From: Candidatus Dormiibacterota bacterium
GTDB taxonomy: Bacteria; Chloroflexota; Dormibacteria; Aeolococcales; Aeolococcaceae
Reading direction: 5' to 3'
NCBI GenBank assembly: GCA_963709585.1
Contig: CAVPXI010000006.1
Coordinates: forward strand, 273,268 to 337,267
Length of the DNA stretch: 64,000 nt
In this document: in pieces, positions 1 through 9,500 of the stretch
Layout: the number at the start of each line of letters is the position of its first letter
How positions within the stretch are numbered: position 1 is the first letter of the stretch
Program-made: the position numbers and the translations under genes
The notes under the pieces: generated by a model
What the model was told of the DNA's origin: nothing
The model's database searches: none
Seen by the model: the letters and a program-made list of their open reading frames with translations, nothing else

Positions 1-201
1 CGCGGTGACGATGTGGAGCACCAGGAACACGAGCGTCATCAGGGCGAGGTCGCCGTGCACCGCCGCGCTGAGGAATCGCGGCCAGCCATGCGTTTCAAAC
101 CGCACGCGGGCGAGCAATCCGAGGACGACGACCGCACTCAGCAGCACGAGGCTGACAGCGCCCGCGCCGCGCGTGGTGTACCAGAGCAATTGGTCAGACA
201 T
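1..201 (-). CDS. Ferric reductase-like transmembrane (MsrQ/cytochrome b-type) protein, truncated by window edge
   Basis: Manual translation MSDQLLWYTTRGAGAVSLVLLSAVVVLG...WPRFLSAAVHGDLALMTLVFLVLHIVTA; W-Y-x-x-R-x-x-G start and two His in TM helices are typical; not in ORF track. Confidence 0.75.
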   Translation of the reverse strand, partial: MSDQLLWYTTRGAGAVSLVLLSAVVVLGLLARVRFETHGWPRFLSAAVHGDLALMTLVFLVLHIVTA

Positions 202-213
202 CGGCTCGAGCCC

Positions 214-1629
214 TCATGCTGCCGGAAGCTCGATCCGGAAGGTCGCGCCGCCGCCGGGCGTGTCGGTGACGCTGATCCTTCCGCCATGCGCGGTCACGAC
301 CGCGGTGGCGATGCTCAGTCCCAGACCGCTGCCGCCCTGGTCGCGACTGCGCCCCGGGTCCGCGCGGTGAAACCGCTCGAAGATCCGCTCGCGTTGCGCC
401 GCCGGAACGCCGGGCCCGTGGTCGATGACGTCGATGTCGACGTGTCCGTTCTGCGCCTGCAGGGCTACCTCCACCGGGCTTCCCGCCGGCGTGTGCACGA
501 GCGCGTTGCGTACGAGGTTGGCGACCGCCTGACGCAGCCTCAGGTCATCGCCGGTCACCACGATGGGCGCGTCGATGTGGGCGATCACCGCTCGTTCCGG
601 GTCGGCCGCGCGCGCGTCACTCACGGCGTCGTTGACCATCGAGGTGAGGTCGACCGGAGCCCGGTCCAGCGGGCGTCCCTGGTCGAGTCGCGCGAGCAGC
701 AGCAGGTCGTCGACCAGCACGCCCATGCGCCGGGTCTCGTCCTCGATGCGCCGGACCGCGAGCAGCACGTCGTCGCGGGTCATGTCCGGGTTGCGTTGCA
801 GCAGCTCCGCGTAGCCGCGCATCGATGTGAGTGGTGTCCGGAGCTCATGTGAGGCGTCCGAGACGAAGTGACGCAGTTTCTGCTCGGTCACATCGCGCTC
901 GTCGAAGGCTCGCTCGATCTGGCCGAGCATGGCATTGAGCGCGAGCCCGAGGCGTCCGACCTCGGTGCGCTCGTTCGACGGCGCGACGCGACGACCGAGG
1001 CCGCTCGCCGCTATCGAGCGAGCGGTTGCGCCCATGCGCTCCAGCGGACGCATGCCGCGGCGCACCAGCAACCACGTTGCGACCAGCACGATGATCGTGA
1101 TGCCACTACTGATTGCGATCTCAAAAATGAGCAGGGTGCTCAGGGTGGTGTTGACGCCATCGAGCGGAACCGCGACCACGACTGTGGACGTCGAGTCACC
1201 CGGAAACTGCGGTGGCTGCGAGCTGACCAACACCCTGTACGACTCCCACGACCCCTCCCCAGGAACGGTGAGCGCCGACCCGGCGTCTTTGGCGATATCG
1301 GAAGGAAAAACCGGATTCGACGACGAGCTGGGAGCCACGGTTCCGCCGTAAAGGTAGCCGGCCTGTGTGGTCACGCCGGACGCGCTCACGAGTTCGCCGT
1401 ATGTCCCCGCCGGAAAGGCATCCTGTTTTCCGAACCCTCCATCCGGTGGTCCACCCTGTTTGCTCGAATCAAGAACGGTCTGCGCGCCGGGCTCGATAAC
1501 CACGAGTTGTTTGTCAACGCCCTGGAGGAGTGACGTCTGCAGTGCGGCGTAGGTGCCGACGTCGGCGGCGGCGAGGCCGAGGATGAAGAGCGGCGCCAGG
1601 GTCAGCAGCAGCCTGAGTCGCAGGGACAT
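214..1629 (-). CDS. HAMP-domain sensor histidine kinase
   Basis: Two TM segments, HAMP, H-box SDASHELRTPL, N-box NLVRNA, G-boxes DHGPG / GGSGLGL. Confidence 0.95.
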   Translation of the reverse strand: MSLRLRLLLTLAPLFILGLAAADVGTYAALQTSLLQGVDKQLVVIEPGAQTVLDSSKQGGPPDGGFGKQDAFPAGTYGELVSASGVTTQAGYLYGGTVAPSSSSNPVFPSDIAKDAGSALTVPGEGSWESYRVLVSSQPPQFPGDSTSTVVVAVPLDGVNTTLSTLLIFEIAISSGITIIVLVATWLLVRRGMRPLERMGATARSIAASGLGRRVAPSNERTEVGRLGLALNAMLGQIERAFDERDVTEQKLRHFVSDASHELRTPLTSMRGYAELLQRNPDMTRDDVLLAVRRIEDETRRMGVLVDDLLLLARLDQGRPLDRAPVDLTSMVNDAVSDARAADPERAVIAHIDAPIVVTGDDLRLRQAVANLVRNALVHTPAGSPVEVALQAQNGHVDIDVIDHGPGVPAAQRERIFERFHRADPGRSRDQGGSGLGLSIATAVVTAHGGRISVTDTPGGGATFRIELPAA

Positions 1630-1661
1630 CTACGGCCCTGAGCACATGGTGGGCGCGCCGC

Positions 1662-2375
1662 TCACGCGTGCGCCGATGTCGTGCGCGGAACACGGATGAC
1701 GTATCCCACTCCACGAACCGTGTGAATGAGCGGCGGGGTGACCGTGTCGACCTTGCGGCGTAGGTAGCTGATGTACGTCTCCAGCACGCTCGCGTCGCCG
1801 CCGAAATCGTAGTCCCAGACGTGATCGAGGATCTGCGAGCGCGAGAGCACGCGGCCGGTGTTCATCATCAGGTAGCGCAGCAGGCGGAACTCCGTGCGGG
1901 TCAACTCGATCGGCGCCCCGGCGCGGAAGACCTCGTGGGTCTCGTCGTCGAGCTCGAGGTCGTGGAGCACCAGCTTGCCGCTCGCGGCGGCGCCGTCAGG
2001 ATTGTGACGCCGGAGCACGACCCGGATTCTCGCCACCAGCTCCTCGATGCTGAACGGCTTGGTCACGTAGTCGTCGCCGCCGATCGTCAGCCCGTGGACC
2101 TTTTCCTCGGTGGCGTCGCGGGCGGTCAGGAAGATCACCGGGACCTTGACGCCGTCGCTGATCAGACGCTGCACGAGCGTGAAGCCGTCGTCGTCCGGCA
2201 ACCCGACGTCGAGGATCATGAGGTCGGGGCGGAAGTCCATCACAGCGTGGCGGGCCTGCTTCGCGGTGCCCGCGGTCTGCACCGAGAAGCCCTCGTACTT
2301 GAGCGCCATCGCCACGAGATCGGTGATTGCCCGCTCATCGTCGACGACCAGGATTCGATTCGGCTCTGTGGTCAC
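1662..2375 (-). CDS. OmpR/PhoB-family response regulator
   Basis: RILVVDDE, LDVGLP phosphoacceptor, GGDDYVTKPF, winged helix ending IHTVRGVGY; GTG start at 2375 preferred over extended ORF. Confidence 0.95.
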   Translation of the reverse strand: MTTEPNRILVVDDERAITDLVAMALKYEGFSVQTAGTAKQARHAVMDFRPDLMILDVGLPDDDGFTLVQRLISDGVKVPVIFLTARDATEEKVHGLTIGGDDYVTKPFSIEELVARIRVVLRRHNPDGAAASGKLVLHDLELDDETHEVFRAGAPIELTRTEFRLLRYLMMNTGRVLSRSQILDHVWDYDFGGDASVLETYISYLRRKVDTVTPPLIHTVRGVGYVIRVPRTTSAHA

Positions 2376-2425
2376 CGGGCCATCTTCGCGCGGAAGTCTG
2401 GGAAAAGGCTCAGAGGATGTTGGGG

Positions 2426-3265
2426 CTACGCCGGGCGTTGCACCGCATCGCGCGCCCGCCCGCGCTCCCCGTCGCCGAGCGGAAGCGAGAGGCAGCGCAC
2501 CCCGCCGCCCGCCTTGAGAAACTCCCCCATGGCATGGGGGATCGGCGTGTAACCCGCGGCCCGGAGCGGTGCCTCCAGCTGCGAGATGGTCAGCGACGAG
2601 AGCACGAGCCGGCCGAGCGGCATCGCGTTGCAGGCAAAGCCCGCGGCGACCTCGACGGGCACCTCGATGAGATTCGGCACCAGCTCGCGGATCAGTCGCA
2701 TCGAGGCGGGGGCGAACGCGTCCGGAGCAGCCAGGACGTTGGTGGCATCGAGCGGACAGAAGCAGGTGTCCAGATGATAGAAACGCGGGTCGACAAGCTC
2801 CAGGGACACGACGTCGACCTCGAGGATGCGCGCCACCGGGTGGTGGGCTTCGCGATCGGTTCGAAACCCATAGCCGCAGAAGAGCCGGTCGCCGACGAAC
2901 AATGCATCTCCAGCGCCTTCGAATGACAGCGATCGTGGCAGTTCGTGGACATCGAAGCCCAGCCGCTCGAGCTCCCGGCGCCAGTGCACCTCCTCCCCCT
3001 GCCGCTCGGGGTGATGGAAGTTGCTCAGGACGGCGCGGTTGTCCCACAACACGGCCGCGTTGGCCGTGAAGACCATGTCGGGCAGACCCGCGACCGGTGC
3101 AGCCAGTTCGATCTCAACACCGAGGTCGACATAGGTGCGATAGAGCGCGTCCCATTGCGCCGTGGCCAGCTCGTGGTCGACCTTGACCGCGACGTGCATC
3201 CACGGGTTGATCTCGTATTCGATGCCGAAGTGGTCCGGTCGGCACATTAGGACCGTTGCGGTCAT
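2426..3265 (-). CDS. Amidinotransferase/pentein-family enzyme (DDAH / arginine dihydrolase-like)
   Basis: MCRPDHF..YEINPWM, DMVFTAN, FEGAGD, YHLDT, GGGVRCL catalytic Cys motif; ATG overlaps upstream stop (ATGA). Confidence 0.88.
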   Translation of the reverse strand: MTATVLMCRPDHFGIEYEINPWMHVAVKVDHELATAQWDALYRTYVDLGVEIELAAPVAGLPDMVFTANAAVLWDNRAVLSNFHHPERQGEEVHWRRELERLGFDVHELPRSLSFEGAGDALFVGDRLFCGYGFRTDREAHHPVARILEVDVVSLELVDPRFYHLDTCFCPLDATNVLAAPDAFAPASMRLIRELVPNLIEVPVEVAAGFACNAMPLGRLVLSSLTISQLEAPLRAAGYTPIPHAMGEFLKAGGGVRCLSLPLGDGERGRARDAVQRPA

Positions 3266-4374
3266 CGAGTCGCCTGGGGCAGCGCGGCTCCGTCGCCAAG
3301 CGGTAGCGGCATGAGGAGTGTCGGCGAGAATCGCGTCCCCGCGTGCAGCTCGATCGGGCCCGCCACCGCGGGTCGCTGCACGCACCAGCGAGGATCGACG
3401 TCGTCGCGAATCGCAAGCAGCTCCGGCCGAAGCAGCGACCCCGCGGAGCTGCGACCCTGATGCCGGACGGTCGCGGTGAGCGCGGGACGCAGCCAGGTCG
3501 CGGTGACCGGCTGCACGCCATCCAGGGGCGCGTCGCTGACGGTCAGGTCGGCAACGCGTTGCGCTAGCCAGCCGGCCACGAGTTGATCGTTCGGCCCGTC
3601 CACATGCCCCGCGAACGTCAGGCGGCCGGCGACATGCTCGCCGAGGATGAGCCGGGTGCCGCCACGCCGGCGCGCGACGATACCCGCGACGACGCAGGTG
3701 GCCTGATCCGTCAGCCCGATGCGCAGACGATCGGGCGAGGCGACCCCGGGGCGGTAGGGAGCGTTCGCGCGCCGGGCGAGCAACGCAGCGAGACCCCTTC
3801 CCATTGCGGCGGCCGCGAGCGCCTCGCCACGCCCACGCACATGGTCCGGTACCTGGAGAGCATCGCTCTGCCCGGCCAGGTCTCCGAGGGCATCGAGGCG
3901 GCGATCGAGGGGCCAGCCGAGCGTCGACCGTCCGTCGAGATGCAGGAGGTCAGAGCCCAGATACACGGCCGGCAGCTCGTGCGCCGCAGCGGGTCCGGCG
4001 GCGAGACGCCGCCCGAACCCCGCCAGGTCGGGACGTCCCTCGGGGTCGAGGACCGTGATGACACCGTCAAGTACCGCGCCCCGGCCACCCCGCACCGCTG
4101 CGGGCGCGGCAACGTCGGGGAAACGCCGTGCGAGATCGCCGGGCATCTCACCCTGGATCCGGACGGCCCCGACCGGGTCGAGGAAGAGCAGCGCCCGGGC
4201 TCCATCCCAGTCGACGCTGAACAGCCAGTCGCGGTCGTCGAACGGCGCGGCGCAGGGAACCGACGCCTCGATCGCGATATACCTGGAGAGCTGGGGTGGG
4301 GTCGGGGATCGAAAGGGCAGAGGATCGCCGGACGCTGCCAGGGCGGCACGAGACAGGCCTGCTCTCCCGGCCAC
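3262..4374 (-). CDS. ATP-dependent DNA ligase-fold protein (LigD/LigC-like) with degenerate catalytic motifs
   Basis: Colinear by eye with the ligase+OB domain of neighbouring LigD (WDGxR, LDGxI, DLLxLDG, YRPG, WLRP), but motif I KxDG is DWDG. Confidence 0.8.
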   Translation of the reverse strand: MAGRAGLSRAALAASGDPLPFRSPTPPQLSRYIAIEASVPCAAPFDDRDWLFSVDWDGARALLFLDPVGAVRIQGEMPGDLARRFPDVAAPAAVRGGRGAVLDGVITVLDPEGRPDLAGFGRRLAAGPAAAHELPAVYLGSDLLHLDGRSTLGWPLDRRLDALGDLAGQSDALQVPDHVRGRGEALAAAAMGRGLAALLARRANAPYRPGVASPDRLRIGLTDQATCVVAGIVARRRGGTRLILGEHVAGRLTFAGHVDGPNDQLVAGWLAQRVADLTVSDAPLDGVQPVTATWLRPALTATVRHQGRSSAGSLLRPELLAIRDDVDPRWCVQRPAVAGPIELHAGTRFSPTLLMPLPLGDGAALPQATR

Positions 4375-4391
4375 GCCCGACCCGCGGAGCC

Positions 4392-5252
4392 TCAGGAGGC
4401 CCGGCGCCGGCGCGCCGGTTCCAGCGCGGAGGCGTCGTCGGCGGCGGATTCCTCTGCGTCGGCGCCCTCGGCTCGGCGCGATTTCGCCGCCTCGACCGAC
4501 GCTTTGAGCGCGGCCATGAGGTCGGTGACCTTGCCGGGCTCGCGCACCTCGGGCCGCTCGAGCGGCTGGTTGGTCAGCTTGGAGTCCACGACCTGGATCA
4601 ACGCCTCACGGTAGTCGTCGTGGTAGCGCGCCGGGTCGAAGTGGGCGCTCATGTTCTCCACCAGCATCACCGCCATGTCCAGCTCTTTCTTGGGGACCTC
4701 AGGACCTTGCTCGGGTATCGCCAGCTCGCCTGCCGAGCGGATCTCGTCCGGCCAGTGCAGGGTGTTGAGCAGCAGACCCTGGTCGTGGAGCGCCAGGCGG
4801 CACAGATGCTCGCGGTCGCGCAGGGCGATCTTCCCGATGGCGACGGTTCCGGTCTTCTCGAGCGCCTGGCGAAGCAGCGCGTACGGCTTGACTTCCACCG
4901 CCTCCGGTTCGAGGTAGTAGGCGCTCTTCAGATAGACGCCCGCCTCGATCTCCAAGTCCGGGCAGAACTCGACGATGTCGATGGTGTGCGTCGTGGTCAG
5001 GGGCAGGTTGTCGAGGTCCGAGTCGGTCACGATCACGTACTCGTCCTTGCCGACTTCGTAGCCCCGCAGCGCTTCGCTCCAGCCGATCTCGCGATCCTCC
5101 TCGGGGCACCAGCGTTTGTTGCGGACCGGAGTTTGGTCGTTCGGGCAGAGCAGCCGGAACGAAACGCTCTTCGATTCGGTCGCCAGGTACAGCCGCACGG
5201 GGATCGCCACCATGCCGAAGCTGATGGCGCCCCGCCACATGGATCGAGGCAT
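4392..5252 (-). CDS. ku: NHEJ DNA end-binding protein Ku
   Basis: MPRSMWRGAISFGMVAIPVRLY, RGYE, YYLEP, LHWPDEIR, DLMAALKASV. Confidence 0.97.
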   Translation of the reverse strand: MPRSMWRGAISFGMVAIPVRLYLATESKSVSFRLLCPNDQTPVRNKRWCPEEDREIGWSEALRGYEVGKDEYVIVTDSDLDNLPLTTTHTIDIVEFCPDLEIEAGVYLKSAYYLEPEAVEVKPYALLRQALEKTGTVAIGKIALRDREHLCRLALHDQGLLLNTLHWPDEIRSAGELAIPEQGPEVPKKELDMAVMLVENMSAHFDPARYHDDYREALIQVVDSKLTNQPLERPEVREPGKVTDLMAALKASVEAAKSRRAEGADAEESAADDASALEPARRRRAS

Positions 5253-5261
5253 CGCCGCTCG

Positions 5262-5267
5262 AGTATA
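5262..5267 (-). promoter_or_regulatory. Putative -10 element (TATACT) 9 nt upstream of ku start
   Basis: TAnnnT hexamer; no SD between it and the ATG. Confidence 0.5.
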
Positions 5268-5324
5268 GAGGCGCGGGATCGCAGTGCATGCGGCTCCTCG
5301 GGAGCCCGCCGGGCGCGCAGTCCG

Positions 5325-5846
5325 TCAGGCGGCGGCGAGCATCCGGTCGTACGCGGCTTTCAGTTCCGGGTAGCGCAGGAAGATGATGTGCGCGTACTCC
5401 TGCGTCAGCGGTACGGGTTTGCGCCGCAGCGAGAGCCCGACCTCCTCGGGCCGGTGGTTCGCCTTGCGCCAGTTGCACTTCCGGCACGCGATCACCACGT
5501 TCTCCCAGCGATCCGGCGCTCCGCCACGAGACACCGGGACGACGTGGTCGACGGTGAGCTCGGCCGCGTTGCCGAGGCGACCGCAGTACTGACAGGTGTG
5601 ATCGTCGCGGAGGAGGAGGTTGCGACGGTTGGGCCGGAGCAGCCGGCGCGGCACGTGGATGGTGCGCAACAGGCGGACGATGACGACTCCTTCCGGCAGC
5701 CTTCGCCCGGCGAGCGCCTCGGCTGCCGCTCGCTCTGCCGCCGCATCGACGAACGCCACCCGCTCCTTGGTGAGGAGCACAACCAGCCGCCGGTGACTGA
5801 TCACGTTGAGGGGCTGCATCGAGGCGTTGAGCAGCAGCACTGCCAT
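5325..5846 (-). CDS. HNH endonuclease (McrA-like, Zn-binding)
   Basis: VLLLNAS.QPL N-terminus; CQYCG, TVDHVVPVSRGG, WENVVIACRKCNWRK. Confidence 0.93.
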   Translation of the reverse strand: MAVLLLNASMQPLNVISHRRLVVLLTKERVAFVDAAAERAAAEALAGRRLPEGVVIVRLLRTIHVPRRLLRPNRRNLLLRDDHTCQYCGRLGNAAELTVDHVVPVSRGGAPDRWENVVIACRKCNWRKANHRPEEVGLSLRRKPVPLTQEYAHIIFLRYPELKAAYDRMLAAA

Positions 5847-5852
5847 TGCCGA

Positions 5853-5858
5853 ATTCTA
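5853..5858 (-). promoter_or_regulatory. Putative -10 element (TAGAAT) for leaderless HNH transcript
   Basis: TAGAAT-N6-ATG. Confidence 0.55.
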
Positions 5859-5884
5859 TTGGGAAGCGGGGATCTTCGCGTTGA

Positions 5885-6513
5885 TCACGGGTAGGGGCCG
5901 GCTTGATGGGCCCGACCTTGATCGCACCTCCGCACACCATGCTCGACTGGACGTCGGTCACGTCGGTCTGGAAGCGCGATGTCGGCAGCGTTACCCGCCA
6001 GAATCGGGGCCTCTCCGCCTGCGCCGCGGTACATGTGGCATCGGTCCAGGAGACGAGGAAATAGCCGTGCCCGGTCGCGCCGACGGCGCCGAGGGGTTCG
6101 GTGCCGGGCGGAAGATGGACCGGCCCGGGGGACGCCAGCGAGTTGTCGTTGGTCCAGCTGGTGTTCAGCAGACCGCCGCTCGACGAGAGCATCTGCAGCT
6201 TTGCGTAGCCGTTCTCGGTGCAGTCACTCGTCGACGTGTTGCGAACCTCGAAGGTCGCGTAGATGGTGCCTGCCGCGCCCTGGGTGTTGAGGATGTCGAT
6301 CTCGAACTGTCCGGGCATGCACGCAACTGGTGGGGTCGCGGTGGGATTCGGGGTCGAGGTCGGGGTCGAAGCGGGCGTCGGGGTCACAACCGGTGTCGGG
6401 GTCACCGGGATCGCAGTCGGCGAAGTGCTCGGCACCGGCGGAGACGACGACCCGCAGGCGGCGAGCAGGCCTGCGGCCACGAGCAGCACAGGCGGAACCA
6501 GCACCCGTCGCAT
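5885..6513 (-). CDS. DUF4232-like secreted lipoprotein; probable 1-nt deletion near the stop
   Basis: Lipobox LAAC, Pro/Thr linker, GAAG..F..RN.S..C...GY motif; adding one base to the G-run at 5894-5897 gives ..PIKPAPYP-stop instead of read-through across HNH and ku. Confidence 0.7.
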
Positions 6514-6551
6514 CGCGACGCAGGGTACCTGCAAACCGCGCTCGACGCGCG

Positions 6552-9500
6552 TCAGGGACGGCTCGGAATGTCCTGGTCAGCCTGCAGCACCGGGGCGAAG
6601 AGATCGCCCGTCGCAGCCACGCGCGCGGCGATGGTCGCGATGTTCCAGCGATCGGGGCGCAGGTCGGGATCGTCGAGCTCCGTCCATTCGATGGGGGTCG
6701 ATACCGGGGCACCCGGCGCGGGTCGGAGCGAGTAGGGGGCCGCCAGAGTCTTGTTGATGATGTTCTGGGTGTAGTCGATCCGGATCCGGCCTGTCCGCTT
6801 CGCCACCGCCCATTCCCAGCTCACGCGCCCCGGGGCAGCCTGGTCGATGGCTCTGCCGACCTCCTCCACCCAATGGCGCACGACCGCATAATCCGGGCCG
6901 CGACGAACCGGCACGTAGATCTGCAGCCCGGTCTGCCCGCTGGTCTTGATCACCCCATGCATGCCGTAGTGATCCAGGGCCGCCTTGACGAGCTTGGCAA
7001 TGTTGACGACGTCCTGGAACGTCGCCGGTTCGAACGGATCGAGGTCGAACACCGCCCAGTCGGGATCATTGGGCGCGTCGATCCGCGAATGCCACGGGTG
7101 CAGATCGATGACCCCCGCGTTGGCCACCCACGCCAGCGTCGCGACCTCGTTGACGACGATGTACGTCTTGGTCTTCTCGCCCTGATACGTCCAGGACTCG
7201 ATCCACGTCGGGGCGTGGGCCGGTTTATCCTTGCGCCAAAAGGATTTTCCATCGATGCCGTCGGGAAACACCTGCATCGACAGGGGACGGTCGCGCAGGT
7301 ACGGCAACATGTACGGCGCCATCCGGACGTAGTACTCGATCATGTCGCGCTTGGTGATGCCATCGGCGGGCCACAGCACCTTATCGAGATTCGTGAGGGG
7401 AAGTCTGCGTCCCGCGATTTCCCAGTGCGCGTTGCCTTTGAGCGTTCTCAGCTGCGCCAGTGCTTGCAAGTCCTCCGGGTCCTGTCGCGGTGGGGGCCCC
7501 TCGCCACCTGCGGGTCGGGTCTCCTGGGGCTTGTCGTCTTTTCTGGTGGGTGACGCGTCCTCGGAGCCCGGCCCTCCGGTGGCGCTGCTCCCCACCGCGC
7601 CACCCGGAGGTCGGTGTGCCATAGCGGGCGTCTGGACTCCCTGTGCTCTGCGCTTCGTGCGGGGGGTGGCCGCAGCCCCCTCCCTTGGTGGCCGGGGCGC
7701 TTTGGCCGGCGCAGCGTGGGACGGACCGGTACTCGGTCTTGGACGTGCTGACTGTTGCGCCTGCGTGCCACCTTCCCTTGCTGATTTCTCGCTGGGCGTT
7801 GCATCGGCGATGGGCGGGGTGTTCCCGGCACGGATGGCGGCGCGGGAAGGGGTCGGGCCGTCTGCGGGCTCGGTCTTGAGAAAGGCTTCTCGCATGCAGT
7901 CTTCGGGGCGTTGGTCGGGGCGGAGGGTGCGGAAGGCGGGGTGGCGGAGGATGCCGTCGCGCGTCCAGCCGGCGAAGCGGACTTCGCAGACGAGCTCTGG
8001 TCTGACCCAGGTCGCGGGTTCCGAGGTTTTCGGGGTGACGTCGAGTGGACACGTGTTCACCTCCAGGGGGCGGAGGCGGTCCCTGAGGTCGCGCAAGGCC
8101 TTCTCGTCGAAGCCGGTGCCGACCTGTCCGCAGTGGACGAGGCGGGTACCGTCGAGCACGGCGAGGATGAGCGCGCCGAGCTGGCTGGTCCGGCGTCCGC
8201 GGCCGGCCGTATAGCCGGCGATGACGCACGACTGGCTGAGCCAGGACTTGATCTTCACCCAGTCGGGCGTGCGCACTCCGGGGCGGTAGAGAGAATCGGC
8301 TCGCTTCCCGACGATGCCTTCGATGCCGGACTCGCGCGCGATCTCGAAGAGCGATGTGCCATCTCGCTCGACGTGCTCGGCAAAGAGGATGTACGGCGAG
8401 TCGACGACGGTTTCGCGAAGCGTCTTCTTGCGAATGCGCAGCTCGGTGCTGAGCAGGTCGCGGCCCTCGAGCTCGAGCAGGTCGAATGCGATGAACGTCA
8501 CCGGATGTTCGGCCGCGACCCTGCGCACATCCGCATCGCGCACCACGTTGATTCGCTGCTGCATGCGCTCGAACGACGGCCGGCCGTCGGCGTCGAGGAC
8601 CACGAGCTCGCCGTCGACGATTGCCTGGCGGGCGCGGATGCCTGCCCGGATCGCCACGGCCTCCGGGTAGCGCCTGGTCTCGTCACCGCCACGCCTGCCG
8701 GTGAGTCGGACAAGGTCCCCGGCGACGCTGACCATCGCGCGGATGCCGTCGTACTTCAGCTCGAACAGCAAGCCATCCCTCGAAAACGCGTGATCCATGG
8801 GCGTCGCGAGCATTGGTGGCGGCGCCTCGGCGAGGGCCGGGGAAGCGACCGTGGGAGCAGCCGCAGTGGCCGCCGCCGTCGTGGCGACGGCTGGGGCGTT
8901 TCGAGCACGAGCGGCGCGACGCGTCTCCCGGGGGTCGCCGCCGCCCTCATTGGCAATCTGCGCCAGGCTTCTGCCGGTTTTGACTGAAACGTCGAGGTCG
9001 ATGGCTTCGAACCCCTCCACAACCGAGGCGTCGCGCTTCTTGATCATCAGCCAGTTCTTGTCACCATCGCTGCTGCCGCCGTATCGCCGGCCGCGCTCGC
9101 CGATGTGAACGAGCGCGAACTCGCCCGAGAGCTTGGTGCCCTGGAGGCGGAACTTGACGTCCCCTTTGAGCCGGGAACGGTCGTAATCCTCGGCGAACTC
9201 CTTCACCCACTCGAAGGTGCCGATGTCCCAGAGCATCACCGTCCCAGCGCCATATCCCGACGGGATGACGCCCTCGAACTCACCGTAATCGATCGGATGG
9301 TCCTCGGTCTGCACTGCCAGGCGCTTCTTGGCCGGATCCAGGCTCGGGCCCCTTGGAATCGCCCACGACAGCAGCACCCCGTCGTGCTCCAGCCGGAAGT
9401 CGAAATGCATGCGTGTGGCTCGATGTTTCTGAACGCAGAACCGCTTCCCGTGGGGCAGCTGCTCCCACGCCGAGCGCTCCGCCTCGGCACGCGGAGTCGG

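Noticed and set aside
6330-6420. GGGGTC-type short repeats as an array (also 32595-32660)
   Set aside because: They encode Pro/Thr linkers of lipoproteins; no repeat-spacer structure
4699-6534. 611-aa ORF as a lipoprotein with a long C-terminal extension
   Set aside because: The tail overlaps HNH and ku out of frame and is Arg/Pro junk; one missing base at about 5895 explains the read-through
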